From the NCBI GenBank assembly GCA_964035545.1, contig OZ037765.1, forward strand, positions 11,046,698 to 11,110,697: DNA of 64,000 bases. The letters run 5' to 3'. Shown here in pieces: positions 27,601 to 39,714 of the stretch. The DNA is from Bugula neritina. Taxonomy: Eukaryota > Animalia > Bryozoa. A program made the position numbers and the translations under genes. Below the pieces are notes generated by a model that had not been told where the DNA came from, did not search any database, and saw only the letters and a list, made by a program, of their open reading frames with translations. The number at the start of each line of letters is the position of its first letter. Positions within the stretch are counted from its first letter, which is position 1.

Positions 27601-30600
27601 CATCTTACGATTTCCTCCACCAAACTTCCCAAGAACTCTGAAGGCCACATGTGCGATAGGGTCATTACTGTTGCGTAGGCACCTCCACAGGGCCTGGAAT
27701 ATACAAACATTCAATAATAATATAACATAATATATAGAAACATCTAATAATTTATTAGCGCCACCACATAAATTACATACCCATCCAACTCATATGTCAA
27801 CACGTGACTAAAACTTGTTATGCTAAACAGTTGTTCACCTGCCAATACTTTGCTTGGAGAATGAGAATACTTTCACGTTACAACAACATGTAGTGGTGTT
27901 GTAATTTCTATTAAGAACTCATAAAGAGAACTTATTCAAACTAACAAATGCCATGGCATTTAAACCCTTATTGATACAGTTATAAGGGTGTATTAAACTG
28001 AGCTATTATAATTGCAACTCATAATGTATAAAACTATAAACAGTCACCTGCATGAGATCAGCTCTGACAGGTTGAATATGATCATAGAGAAAATCAGGTT
28101 GGAGATTGTCCACACAGAGTTCCAGTGTCCTTAGCCCTTGCGATATGAGAGTCTGGGAACCATTGAGGGCGGATACTAGAGGGTCCATGAGCATAGGCAG
28201 GTACGGCAGCAGAGAACTTAGTCTAACAGGTACAGTTAGACACAGCTCCACAAACAGGTCTTTCATATGCTGCTTGTGTAAACCAGACTGCAGGCTGTTG
28301 AGACCTAAAGTTGTGGGTGGAGATGCTCTTAGATACAGTCACATTGATTGAAAAATGCAAATAATTAAAATGAATCTTTATATATATTTATTAGAATTTG
28401 GTGAAGTAAAAAAAAGTATCTGCAGCTTTATTTATTAATGATTATTAAATTACAATAAGATAATAACGCAATGGAACAATTAATAAAAATCAAACCTCCT
28501 TATGAGCAATTGGTTGGTAATTTAATTCATCTTTTGTTAATTATTATTAACTATTCACAGGAAATTTAAGAGTCAAACTTTGAGCTGTGACTAAAAAATA
28601 TTCTAAAAACGATTAATTCAAAAATTTACTTGCCCAAATTTCAAAAACTAGTAGCATATCAGTCTAACTTATTGACGAAATTGAATCAATTTAATTTAAT
28701 ATTTTATGCAAGCTCATGAAAATAAACAAACTATAAGTACACAACTTATAACAAGCCAATACATGTATGTAGAACTAACTATATAAAGACACTGGTCTAT
28801 AGGAGGTACTATATTCTACACAACTAATGTACCTTGAAGTAGATCTGGCAGGAGGGGCAAGAACTCCTGATAGAGAAGGTCATGGCTACCTCCGCCAATA
28901 CTCCGGAACAAAGCTCGTAACAACAGGAAGTAGTTGTATGGCTCTTTGGCAGTCATTGCCAGCTCCATAGATCTGTTGACTATGGTGTGCAAGTGTGGCT
29001 AAAACAAGTCAACAACAACATAGGTGTGCAGATACTCATCCATCAAATGGATTCTTATAATATCTTAATGCTTGCAGCAATTGACTACTAGTAGACTAAC
29101 ACTTCACTTGAACATATCTAGATGTCTAGATTATAAGGAATATCACATTAAAAATAAGAAAGTTCTAACAAATATAAAATATCTTCACAATTCCAACAGA
29201 AAATATAAGCAAAACTATTATTATAGCACCTTTTATATACAAGTCATATTTTGATAAAATAAATTCATTTAAATCATGAGCACAAAGATTACCTTTAACA
29301 TCTGTTCATTTTCAGCTGCAAACAGTGAAACAGAACCAAACACCAGTTTGAAGAGCTTCAAATACAAGTTTGACCTCTCCGTAGATGAAGCTATAATACG
29401 AAAAGCAGCCTTTAAGGTAGAATTAGTAATGTCCCATACAAACAGTAATCACACTGCACTACCCCAATGTTCTACGATAACATATAGATATCTGCAATAT
29501 ATTAAAAGACAGACTAATTCAGCTATAACTGTAAATATGTGGGATGGGTAACTTACACCCCATCTCCTCGAGTCTAGCCAGAAGGTACTCCACTAGTATA
29601 GTGGCGAATGTGGGCGAGGTGGATACATTGGCTAGGAAGGAGTTAGCTACTATCTGCAGGGCGTAGTTGTTGTATATACTTTCTACCACATTGTTGATGG
29701 TAACAATAAATATCTCTCTGAAGCTCACAGGGTTCATCAAAGTGTACTACAATAGTTGTTGTTCTCCCGTGACAGGTAAAAACTCAAGATTTATACAATT
29801 GAGTAATTGGCAATCGGAAAAATTTAGTTTAGAAACTAAAATAATTTCGAAATACTTAAACAACTCAAAAAGACAAAACACGCAATATTTAAATGGTTGA
29901 ATAAGTAAGGCAATTTTACATAAACAGAAGAAAGACAAAAAATTCACCATACTCACAGTGTGAACATCAATTTCCACTATCATACAATGATACAATGTTT
30001 ATTAAATGCTTACAACTCCTGCAAAATGCTCCAACACTTCCTTTTCCTCCTTAGTTTTCACATTAGCCATATAGGCAGGTCTGACGAATGGTTGACCGGT
30101 GGAGCTCACGGCTATAGTGTAGATATCCAACGCCTTGAGAGCATATTTCACCAGTCTCATGTACACCAATATCTCCTGATTGAACAACAGCATGCTGATG
30201 TACATATGGAAGGCAGCATGCAAGAGTACATTATACAGATATGTTACACAGGCATGAGAGTAACAGAGGCCTGAAGCCACCAGGAAAGTTGTTTTTTTTT
30301 TAAATTTTTTGCAAAAAAGTCATATATTCCTTTTCTTCATCCGTTTATTGGTTTAAAAAAACGTTCAAGCTTCTGCGCAATATATTTCAACTCTTAAAGT
30401 TAGAGGCAAGAGAATATATTAGATTATATACATTATATACAGGTATGAGAAGAACTGAGAAAAAATATTGTATTTCGTTGCTAAAAACATCGTATCAACT
30501 CTCATTATTTTTCTATAACTGCATATTGAGTAACATAACTTTTCCAGCTTCTGTGCAATATATTTCAACTCTTACAGTTTGAGACAAGAGAATATATTAG

Positions 30601-33600
30601 ATTATATACATTATATACAGGTATGAGAAGAACTGAGAAAAAATATTGTATTTCGTTGCTAAAAACATCGTATCAACTCTCATTATTTTTCTATAACTGC
30701 ATATTGAGTAACATAACTTTTCCAGCTTCTGTGCAATATATTTCAACTCTTACAGTTTGAGACAACAGAGTATATTAGATTATATACAGTCTGCACACAG
30801 ACCTTTGGGTGAAACTGCTTGGAGGTTATCATAGTTTGATCAGTGTTGGGAGATTTACAGGAAACTACTGCCCAGGTTATAGTCTTTGTGCCACAAACCA
30901 GAGTTTTGACTAAACTTCGGCAGTCTGTGACTGAGAAATTGGCCGTCTGCAAGAGCATCATATAACATTATAACACGGGCTTTGAATAAATAGAATTACA
31001 TCATCAGCAGCGCTTTAACTTTTTACAAAGGTTTTCCAGCAAAAATATATAGTATAGTATGTGCTCTGAATATAGTAAGAAAAAAAAACATAGAACCAAC
31101 AACAGCATTACAAATTACAAAGCTCCTAACGAAAAAACAATTTCAAGAGAAAGTCAAACATGCATACAATAAATAAAACATTTATCCTTTACATTTGTCA
31201 CAATGGCTACCGTGACACTAATACTATCATACATGAATGAATGCAAACATGTTGGTGCTAACCTTGTCATCTTTATCAGCTGGCTCAGTAACCGACTCCA
31301 ACGAGCCTTTGGATCCAGCCTTGTCATCAGCAGACGTCTGTGAATCAGTCTTATCACCAGATTTATTGTCTGGGTTATGCTGCTTGCTACAAGTTGACAC
31401 AATATATAGGAGGAGACAATAAAGTGCTCCCTGCGTATCTCACTTAGCTGCGGGTCTTGAAACCTCAATCCATGACACAGTAGACTATCACATTTAACTC
31501 ATGGATCTGGTACACTTGGCCATTTTGTCCCTATACACATACGTAAGTCACACAACGGGGGCCCAAGCCCTTCTCGTGACCTATGGAACTGTGTGAACAA
31601 TGGATTCATGAGATATGGAAGGAGCGCTGTGTTTATATCAACACATCAGGTATTACCAGAAGCAATCAAAACTTGAAACTCAAAATAAATGAAAAATACA
31701 TATAGAGCACCCAGGATCTTTAGTAAGATTACAATCAACACACACTTTTTTACAGTAAAATGCAAAATTTTATATCTTTAATTTTATAAATTTATTATTT
31801 AAATTTTATAAAAAAAATAATTAATTTAATGACTTACCATTTAGCTAGTAGGACAGGAAGCTGGTTCTCAGCTATTGACTTAAACTTCAGTACATAGATT
31901 TCCAGAATATACATTAGAAGTTCTCTCCCCTGCAACATTGTAATCACCAGTCATTTTCCAAATAAATGTATTATACTTTTTACAAAAATTGCCACCACAG
32001 CAACTGTAAACAATGCATAATCATTGAAAGTAAAAAAAACATAAAAAAAGCTAAAGCACATGTCATTTCAACTCAAGTACTTAAAATTCTCTGATTTCAC
32101 TAGATTTGACAAGACCACCTCAAGTACTAGACTTGACTGGCTGAAAGTTGAATCCACTTATTTGCTTTTTTTATTTCAACTACTAAATTATGCCTGTAGA
32201 TAACCACCAACTTTTTGTTGTTACTTTTGTTAACTTTTTATACAAGAAACACGTAATATTATACTGGCTGGACCAGAGGCCTTCAAATCAGCTTAAACTG
32301 ACTCAGTCAAATCAAGTCATTGGAATGAAAACTGTCATGTCAAAGTCAACACTGACTTGACTTGGTTAGCCATTTGCAGTAATTTCATCGGGAAAACACG
32401 CCGTCCCATATTGATGTTGTTGCATATGCAGAGTAGAAAGTTCACAGAGCTTACGTTTCCATTTTCCTGGTCACTCTTTCCTTTTATGTTCTCCACAAGG
32501 TTCAGCAGTAACTTACAAGACATGGTCTGAATGCTACTCATCAATGTGTCATCATGAATATTCTTAGCAAAGAGATCAACAGCCAGAGCTAACTCAGTGA
32601 GGGGTAGGTTTAACCTCACGTGATGTACCAAATCTGCTAAAGTGCTATAGGCTAATGCTTTCATTGTCTCTTGAGCAGTCCAACCAGTTCCAATAAGAAT
32701 GTCTTCATCAAACAGTCTTGCTATGTGGTTTAAAAATCCTATAATATAAACACACTTATTTAGCACTGCATGCTTTTATCAGCCGTAGTTTTTAATTTCC
32801 ATCCTCAGAATAAGAAGTAAACAACTTGAAGTTAACAAATTATCCAAAGAAAAACTAACAGAAAACCTGTAAAAATAACAATAAACAATTATTTTATGAG
32901 TTTTTGAGCTTACTGGTGCGCAATTCGGTGCCTAAGATATGTCGAGTAGCAATGAGTAAATCTTTTCTGAGATGAGCCACCTCTGGGGGACATAGTGTCA
33001 ACAAGCCAACAATGCCACTAACTAGAGCTGGTGCGTGAGCAGTTATTGTTTCCTGTGGTTACAAGATTTGCCATAAATTACAAGGACACACAACATAACG
33101 AGGCGATATAGAGAGACATTGAACTCCTTCTACCGTTTTAAATACTAAACCAAACACTTGCATATTTATTAATTATAATTTGTTTTCAAAAAGGACCAGT
33201 CATGCACATACATTGAATGAGATAGTTATATTCCTGCTGGATATTTAAATTCGCTGTGTCTAATCACAAGTAAACATTTGAAGATACAAAAATACATACA
33301 AATTCAATATAGTGAATTACAGCGCCTTTATAATATAATCCAATAGCTACTTTCATAAACTGGTGCTGTGAATTAGTATTACCTGGCTTCAGTAATAACT
33401 ATTGAAATAAAAATTAAAGTTATCAATATATAGAAAACAAATGATCAAACAGCATCGAGTGACTCTTACCAAACACGGTCGAAGAACATAGGCTAAGAAA
33501 GACAACGACTTCACTTGAGCAGCAATGAAGTCAACAAACTTTTCCTTGTTTGATGGGAGCAATCTACAGTTACAGTGAGTCCATTTGGTACAACAACTGG

Positions 33601-36600
33601 AGAATACTCAGATTAATTTCATGCCAAGAAATTGGTTTAAATATGAAGTTAATTCAACTGCCTTGTTTGGCCTCGAAATTTGCTTGTGTCAAAATATAAA
33701 TACTAAATTACACAAGTTTGATAAGTAGAACAGAATGGTTTACTAATTTGTAGCATAAAACTATTTAAGATGAATTTGAAGCCCCACCTCTGCTCTTTAC
33801 TAGGCTGTAGTGAGAGAGTGTTCATGATGAGAGGCATAAACTCTTCCACGTCTTGCTGTATGTTGTGTTTGTACAGCTGATACATGAGTACCACTATGAT
33901 CGGGAGCTCGGCCATCACTTTCAATGAGAGCGTGGCCTTCGGAATAATGTTGTACTGCAAAATTTAAGAAGAAACATGTTGATAATTTGCATTTTAGAAC
34001 CATCTTCAGCATACACTGTTACTTTCTAGTAAAACCTTTCACAGACTGAAAAATACATCATAGCATACAACAGTCTCTATGAAGAATATTTGCTGTAGCA
34101 ATTGGATCAGCTGTGACATTCAGAAACTCTTCAATTCATAAATTACAAATGCCAAGCGAATAGTTAAAGTATGCTGGTCGCTTCAAACTAAACTAAAACA
34201 GAAGCATATACCGTGACAGGCTGATTGTCTGTCCGTTTCTCAGTGACAATCTGAGTGGTGAAGTAGATGTCATTGATCCAGGCATCAATAGGCACTTCAC
34301 ACAAATCTTTCACTTTATAAGTTGGTCTCGGCTCAAATATCTTAGAGACATGGTTGGGGAGTTCTCTATACAACCTCTTTACAAAGCTGAGAAATCGAGG
34401 TGCCTAAAGCAAGACATACAAATGTACATATGATTAATAACATATCTGTATGCATTATAAGACACTTGAGTATACAATGATAAAAGTGGGTAATAAAATA
34501 AAGTTATTGAAGAGAAATACAAATGAAAATAAATTTAGTTTTGAAATGAATTTTACTTAATTCTTTTTCTATTTTATAGTTCTTATACTTTTATTACTTC
34601 TTTATAAAATGTTATATAATGCTTCTGTCAATTATTAAGATTCATACAAAATAACTATGAATTTTCTGAGTGAAATAAAAGTAGACCAAACATTTATCCT
34701 TGGTGCTCAATTACCAACAAGGCATAGAAAAGAGAAAACTAGACCCAAGTACTGAAAACAAATATATTATATCATAAGAATGTACAAATAATGTATAATA
34801 CATTGACAGAAATATAACTGTAGCACATCTTAGGAATATCAATTGTTATAAATAAAGCTGAGTGTATAGAAACTGAGATTTTCTGTACAAGGAAAATATA
34901 TTAAAATTAGAAGTTAAACTTTAAATTTCAGAATACAAGTTACATTGAAGACTATCAAATTTTTAAAAGTATAATATATTTTTTCTAATGCCCACATTTA
35001 GAAATGATAAGAGCAATATATGTACTCACATTAGTTGTAAAATTAGAGAACAAAATTTACCTCAGGTGAAAGATGTGGCCGGTTGTTACGATGGAGATCC
35101 ATCAACAGTCTCACACATATCAGCGCATTTTCTTCATTTTCTATCTAATATAACGAGGAAAAATAGGCGGAGCAAATTTATACAAACAAATAGCATAATT
35201 ATTATTTACAGACCCAACAAAAATATTTTGGCACTTCATTCTTGCAATAAATGTATTCACATTTAACATCACAGGATTAAATACTCCATAATATATACCT
35301 CCACGAGTTTGAATGCTAAAGATAAGATGGGCTTTACATGAACTTTGAACTGATCATTGGTTGTGGGTATTCGATGGAGTATCTCCAGGAGAAGTTTACG
35401 GAGCTGTTGGGCAGCTGGTTCAGACAGGAACTGCGGTTCACCTTCCTCCAGAACTTTGATAAACACTCGAACCAACTCTGGTGATATTTGACTGTTGTAC
35501 TGTACTGAGGAAACCACACTCTGGAAACATTTATATGAAAGACATTTTTACAAATACACCCATACTGACTGGGTGCTTGAAGGTTAGGCACACCTCAGTA
35601 CTTGCTCAAAAAGAATATGGTTAATAAACTGACTAACACACTCTGTGGTATGCAAACCAGCGCACACATTTAAGCTTTATATTTCTTGAACTTTTGTGTT
35701 TCGAACATCACTAACTAAAATACAGTTATTCTTTATAGAATGACAATGACCGAAAGTGTAACTTATTGTAAAGCCTTGAAGTTAAGCCAACTTTCTAATA
35801 ATGATGTAAGGGCACTGTAAAGCAAAAAAATTAATAAATGGAAAATTTAACAAATACCTCAAAGTTTTCACTGAGCTCCTGAGCTGCCTTCAACTTTTTT
35901 TCAATGGCTAAACATAAATTGTAATGCTACATGATTAAAATAAGTGTAATAATCCTAAATATACTACAAAGAGATTTTAAAAACATAAAACTTGAGTCTA
36001 CAGCAATTTTAGAAAATGCATTATAGATCAAACACTCCTACATTCAGATGAGAGACTGTTCAGATTTGAAACATTAATTCTGTGTAAGTTTCCATCAAAT
36101 AGTAACCAGAGTTCACTGGAAAACTACAATTCAGCTATGCTGCAGCTGGACAAATCATTTATAGAGAAAATTAACTCAATTTAGAAAAAAAAGTTTGTAA
36201 CATCAACTTGTGCATTTTTCAATTTACTCACTTACAGTTTCGAATAAAGTATGGCTTCACTTTGTAATCATTTAGCTATAAGTAAAGTAAAACCTTATTT
36301 ACATCAAATTTCTAATTAACAAATGCACAGCAGAAAGTAAGTAGTAGTTTTATGAAATGAACTTTGTTGAAAACAATCTTACTTTAAAAATGTCATCTTC
36401 AGGCTTTTAAACAATAAACCAAATTATTGATGGTACCTTAAAATATGAGAACAGCAGACAAAATACAAAAAAGATTGTTTTCATGTTCAACGATTGAATA
36501 TCTTTTTCCAAACACTTTCTTCAATTTTTTTTTAAGGATGAAGGGTTTGTTTGTTTAGTTATAAATTTAGTCTACAGCAGAAACCAAAAATATTTTCATG

Positions 36601-36927
36601 TATAATGATCGCATATAAACTGCGTTTCTGAGCTTTGAATTAGCGAATGGATTTTTTATTCGATGTTTGGAAATAGTTGCATCGAATGAAACCACAACCG
36701 CAAATTCACCCATACGAGCATTCATTAGCATAATGCTATGTAATGGTAATGCAGTGAATACAAAACTAAAAAGAATATTCGAACAAAATGAGTAAAGAGT
36801 GTCTTTCATCAGTCCATGATGAGTGTAAAAGAACTGTGCTAAATTTACCTGCGTTGGCATCACCAATAAGTTGCAAATAAGATTTCAGAGTTACATCCAG
36901 TTGAGCTGCTGCAGGTGCAGCTGCCAT
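611..36927 (-). CDS. TRRAP: Transformation/transcription domain-associated protein (TRRAP/Tra1), PIKK-family pseudokinase; multi-exon, C-terminal FATC exons lie beyond the left edge
   Basis: GT-AG exons splice into a collinear TRRAP-like protein. First coding exon 36849-36927 ([26 protein letters not shown]), then [127 protein letters not shown] motifs ([42 protein letters not shown]), [56 protein letters not shown] (exon 611-807). The kinase-like segment [25 protein letters not shown] lacks the DRH and DFG catalytic motifs, as expected for TRRAP. Confidence 0.97.
3030..3100 (+). mobile_element. Possible decayed tRNA-derived SINE head
   Basis: GGCATAGCTCAGTGGATAAA resembles a Pol III A box / tRNA D arm; no clear B box or cloverleaf follows. 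Confidence 0.25.
4911..5080. repeat. Intronic minisatellite, ~31-bp unit, ~5 copies
   Basis: Repeats of caacaccacatgttacatcactatagtgtta with substitutions. Confidence 0.85.
6000..6123. repeat. Intronic minisatellite, 19-bp unit, ~6 copies
   Basis: Repeats of aactatattataatacaac. Confidence 0.9.
8644..8712 (-). repeat. 34-bp tandem duplication spanning a TRRAP exon end and its splice donor
   Basis: Minus strand TTTTCACAAAG|GTAAGTTAAATA occurs twice, with donor GT at 8689-8688 and 8655-8654. Confidence 0.9.
9979..10110 (-). repeat. 45-bp tandem triplication spanning a TRRAP exon end and its splice donor
   Basis: CACTATCAGTTTAT(C/T)ATAAAC(C/T)ACTATGATGCGCAG|GTAAA three times; candidate exon ends at 10074, 10029 and 9984. 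Confidence 0.92.
11323..11496. mobile_element. MITE-like non-autonomous DNA element with ~40-bp imperfect TIRs
   Basis: Left end aatattcactgcgtttccaactttcgcattatgcaaatg versus reverse complement of right end aatattcactgcatttctattactttgcattatgcaaatg; a related copy lies at 36618-36760. Confidence 0.8.
14621..14984. repeat. Intronic minisatellite, 18-bp unit, ~20 copies
   Basis: Repeats of cacattattctactatac; source of the spurious (MWYSRI)n ORF. Confidence 0.95.
16882..16940 (-). repeat. Coding 15-bp repeat, (TSSAT)n, within a TRRAP exon
   Basis: The spliced frame of exon ~16882-17059 reads [27 protein letters not shown]...[21 protein letters not shown]. Confidence 0.85.
20778..20950. repeat. 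Degenerate intronic minisatellite, ~24-bp unit
   Basis: Variants of aaatactatatgtctatataatat in tandem. Confidence 0.7.
30368..30788. repeat. 178-bp tandem repeat, ~2.3 copies, intronic
   Basis: agcttctg(c/t)gcaatatatttcaactctta starts at 30368, 30546 and 30724; copies are nearly identical. Confidence 0.93.
31423..31628. other. Intronic nested inverted-repeat / structured element of unknown class
   Basis: 20-nt arms 31423-31442 / 31609-31628 with nested pairs 31467-73/31600-06, 31475-81/31588-94, 31547-51/31576-80 and 31559-62/31567-70; GC-richer than the surrounding intron. Confidence 0.55.
36618..36760. mobile_element. Second, more degraded copy of the MITE family at 11323-11496
   Basis: Shares, in order, ctgcgtttc, gatgttt, agttgcatc.aatgaaacca, caaattc and tacgagcattcatt.gcataatgc...aatgcagtgaata. 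Confidence 0.75.
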
Positions 36928-37829
36928 TTTCCAGTTTTAAATTTCAATAGGCTTCTTTGTGGATACAATTCATATCTGCAGTCAGACATTTTAAAATGTT
37001 TACCATGAAGAAACGGTATACATATAAAATAAAAACTTTAAATAAAAATAAAATTATTTTTATTTTATATTAAAGTCTGAAGATGGTAACAACTCTTTCC
37101 AAAATATTAGCTTAATTCATTTCAGTAGAAGCATCATATTCTCATATTTATTGGTGAAGAACCTAAAAAGATAGTATATGCCATGATAAATTAATTAGTA
37201 ACAATTTCAAATCAAAACCATATTTAAGCTACTAATAAATCATTTTCGATAGTCAATGTAGTGCACCTTTTAACAAGTAGCAATCGGTCAAAAAATGCTC
37301 TTCTCCCTAAATCAAATTTAAAGTGAATGATCGGTTTTGATAGAAATTTGGCTCTCTGTTATGTGTCTAATCATTACTGTTACTTATCTATCGTAATCTA
37401 TAAGTATATTTTACACTAAATTATTTTATCGAACATCAATTACCATAAAATATAAATGATATTAAAATAAATTATAAAACTCCTAAAAACTAAACAGCAA
37501 AGGTTAAAGCTGACTCTAACCCCATGCCTGTGCCACATAGACTCAGTGAATGTGGAATTGAGACTGAGTACAAAATCATGAAATTCTTGAGTAGTATCAA
37601 TTCAGTCTCAATTAATTTACTTGACATATGCTAAATTGACTGGCTTGATTAATTAATTTTTTTGTGAAATTTCCAGATTTCTGCAACTCAGAGTACCAAA
37701 CTGTGGGGCCAGTAACTAGGTTTAACCTTATATTTGTAGGCTATAGCCCGGGAGCCATAATCATCCGCATAGAACTCACGGTTATCCTTTAGGCTTTAAC
37801 TTATACTTGTACTCAATTATAACAAGTGC

Positions 37830-38600
37830 TCTAGTGTTTAGACTTTAGTAATTTAAATTACTGATGCTATTCTGATAGTGATTCTCAAAGTTAAACTTAA
37901 AGTGACTAGCAGTAACTAACAGTAAAACGGACAGTAAGTGAGTAACCGTAAGATTAGCAGTAACACTAACACTAAGTCATATTCATAAACATTAAACAAT
38001 AGCTATAACTATAACAATATGAATAAGAGTAAGTATAATTATAACTGACACTGTCTGTAATCATAATACTTAATAGTAATACTAACACTAACACTAATAG
38101 TAATATTAATACTATTACTATTAGTATTACTATTAGTTTCCTACAAATAATAATATATATAGTATGACTAATAGTAATACTAATGCTTAATAGTAATAGT
38201 AATACTATTAGTATTAGTATTACTATTAGAGTATTACTATTAGCAATAGCCAATACTACAGTAAAACTAAATCAAAATGTAATACTAGTACTACTACTAT
38301 AACATCAACTCGAGTAGTACTACTAATAGTAATACTAATACTTATAGTAATAGTAATACTATTAGTAATAGTAATGCAGTATTACTATTACTATTTCAAT
38401 TTGTAATACTAATAGTAATACAGTATTACTAATAGTAATACTAATAGTAATAGTTATACTAAAAGTTAAAGTAACTCTAATTCAGTAATATTAAAACTAA
38501 TAAACATAGTTATATTTATAGTAATTGTATTTGTTATACTTATAGACAGTTTGGGTAAAACTTAATGTTATACTAAGACTAATTACTAACTCGTAACTAG
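37830..38600. repeat. TAC/TAG/AGT-rich low-complexity domain in the putative first intron of TRRAP
   Basis: Dense agtaatact/tactatt/tagtaat words with no fixed period; continues more weakly at 38840-39010. Confidence 0.8.
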
Positions 38601-38614
38601 CACATTAAGCGTAC

Positions 38615-38665
38615 CAAGAAAACAGGGAGAAAGCCGCCATATTGATATATTTCGTCACTGCCGTT
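38615..38665 (-). promoter_or_regulatory. Putative TRRAP TSS-proximal / non-coding first exon with YY1-type motif
   Basis: Minus strand CAATATGGCGGC (YY1 consensus CAARATGGCGGC) followed by TTG|GTACGC, a plausible donor; a candidate acceptor CTGCAG| lies at 36975, 48 nt before the ATG. Confidence 0.45.
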
Positions 38666-39159
38666 AGCAGTTGGTGGCCCACAATTCCAATGTGCCAGTT
38701 GTGTCAATCTGCAGCAAACTGGTAGTATTATTTGAATCATAATATATACATAATAATAATCCATCATTGTGCGGACTGCAGACGAATTATACTTATATTC
38801 ATTTGATAATTATAAGTTTAAAACTGGGATTAAAAGATTATATTCAACTGTAATACTAATAACATCAATACTACTATTAGTATTGAATACTTATACAGTT
38901 ATACTATTACTGTTAGTACTGTTAGTATGTAAAAGTATTGTTGTAGTTTTGTGCACTACTAAGTGGGGTGTTATTGTATACACGAGTTGCTACTGCCTAT
39001 CTAACTATGAGGTTATGTGAAGAACTGAAATAGTTGACATTTATAAAGAACTGTATTTGAAGTCTAATTACATACAATCAAAATCATCAATGATAGCAAA
39101 AGAGTATATACATATAGAACAGTTATACAATATTATCCTAGTCTATCTGACAGTTATCC

Positions 39160-39310
39160 TTCAACTGAGGTCGGGCGCCGGAAGAGGCTGTTTATATCCA
39201 AGAGGTTGGTCCTGATTGGCTAGTGTAAGGTTCCAACAGTGTGACCATGGGGGAGTGACGCGGTGCCGCATGAGACTGCGGCATCGCTGACAGAGTTGTA
39301 GTCTCTTAGA
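39160..39310 (-). promoter_or_regulatory. Pol II core promoter (TATA -30, Inr TCAGTT, CCAAT, ETS) pointing towards TRRAP
   Basis: Minus strand TATAAA begins at 39196 and the A of TCAGTT is at 39166, exactly 30 nt apart. AGCCAATCAG at ~39212-39221, CCGGAAG at 39178-39184, GTGACGCG and an ACTACAACTC-like word further upstream, all in a GC-rich island. Confidence 0.6.
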
Positions 39311-39714
39311 ACTTTTATGCCTCATAATATAATACAAGTACTTAGGTAGGGGGTACATGGGGGGTATACTTCCCACAGCCATTACAGTATTTACTGTTAG
39401 GTAGTGTTACAGTTTGAGCGCAAATTATTGTTTACTCTTGAAAACTCAAAGTTAAACTTAAGGTTTCTCCAGTCGTTTAATCTTATTGGCATCAGCCATG
39501 CCCATGGTATTACTATGATGATGATCATGATGGCTATTTTATTATGAATTTATGGCCCGTAGGTCATCATGATAATTGGATACTTTGATTACCATTGTAA
39601 TCGTATCATGCCAGGAGGCACAATGTTTAATGTTCTTGTAGGAAATTTTGCTTTAAAATAACTATGAGAATAAATGTAATATAATCTATTTTGTAGTTTC
39701 AATTTCTATCGTTA

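Noticed and set aside
31423-31628. TPP riboswitch or RNase MRP/P identity for the structured intron element
   Set aside because: Only isolated words match (GCAGGGAG; ACACAACGGGGGC); the required partner motifs (CUGAGA/ACCUGA; GAAAGUCCCC) are absent.
32060-32370. GACTTGACT/AGTCAAGTC-rich relic; similar faint TIR-like relics at 5607-5701 and 20020-20510
   Set aside because: Probably old DNA-transposon debris, but termini and TSDs cannot be defined.
611-36927. Homologue of the U2-guiding scaRNA that I recall being hosted in a vertebrate TRRAP intron (SCARNA28)
   Set aside because: No AACTGATAAGA-type antisense element followed by CTGA was found by eye on the TRRAP strand; an Infernal search would be needed to exclude it.
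37972-38253. Hydrophobic 93-aa ORF resembling a membrane peptide
   Set aside because: By-product of the TAC/TAG low-complexity tract.
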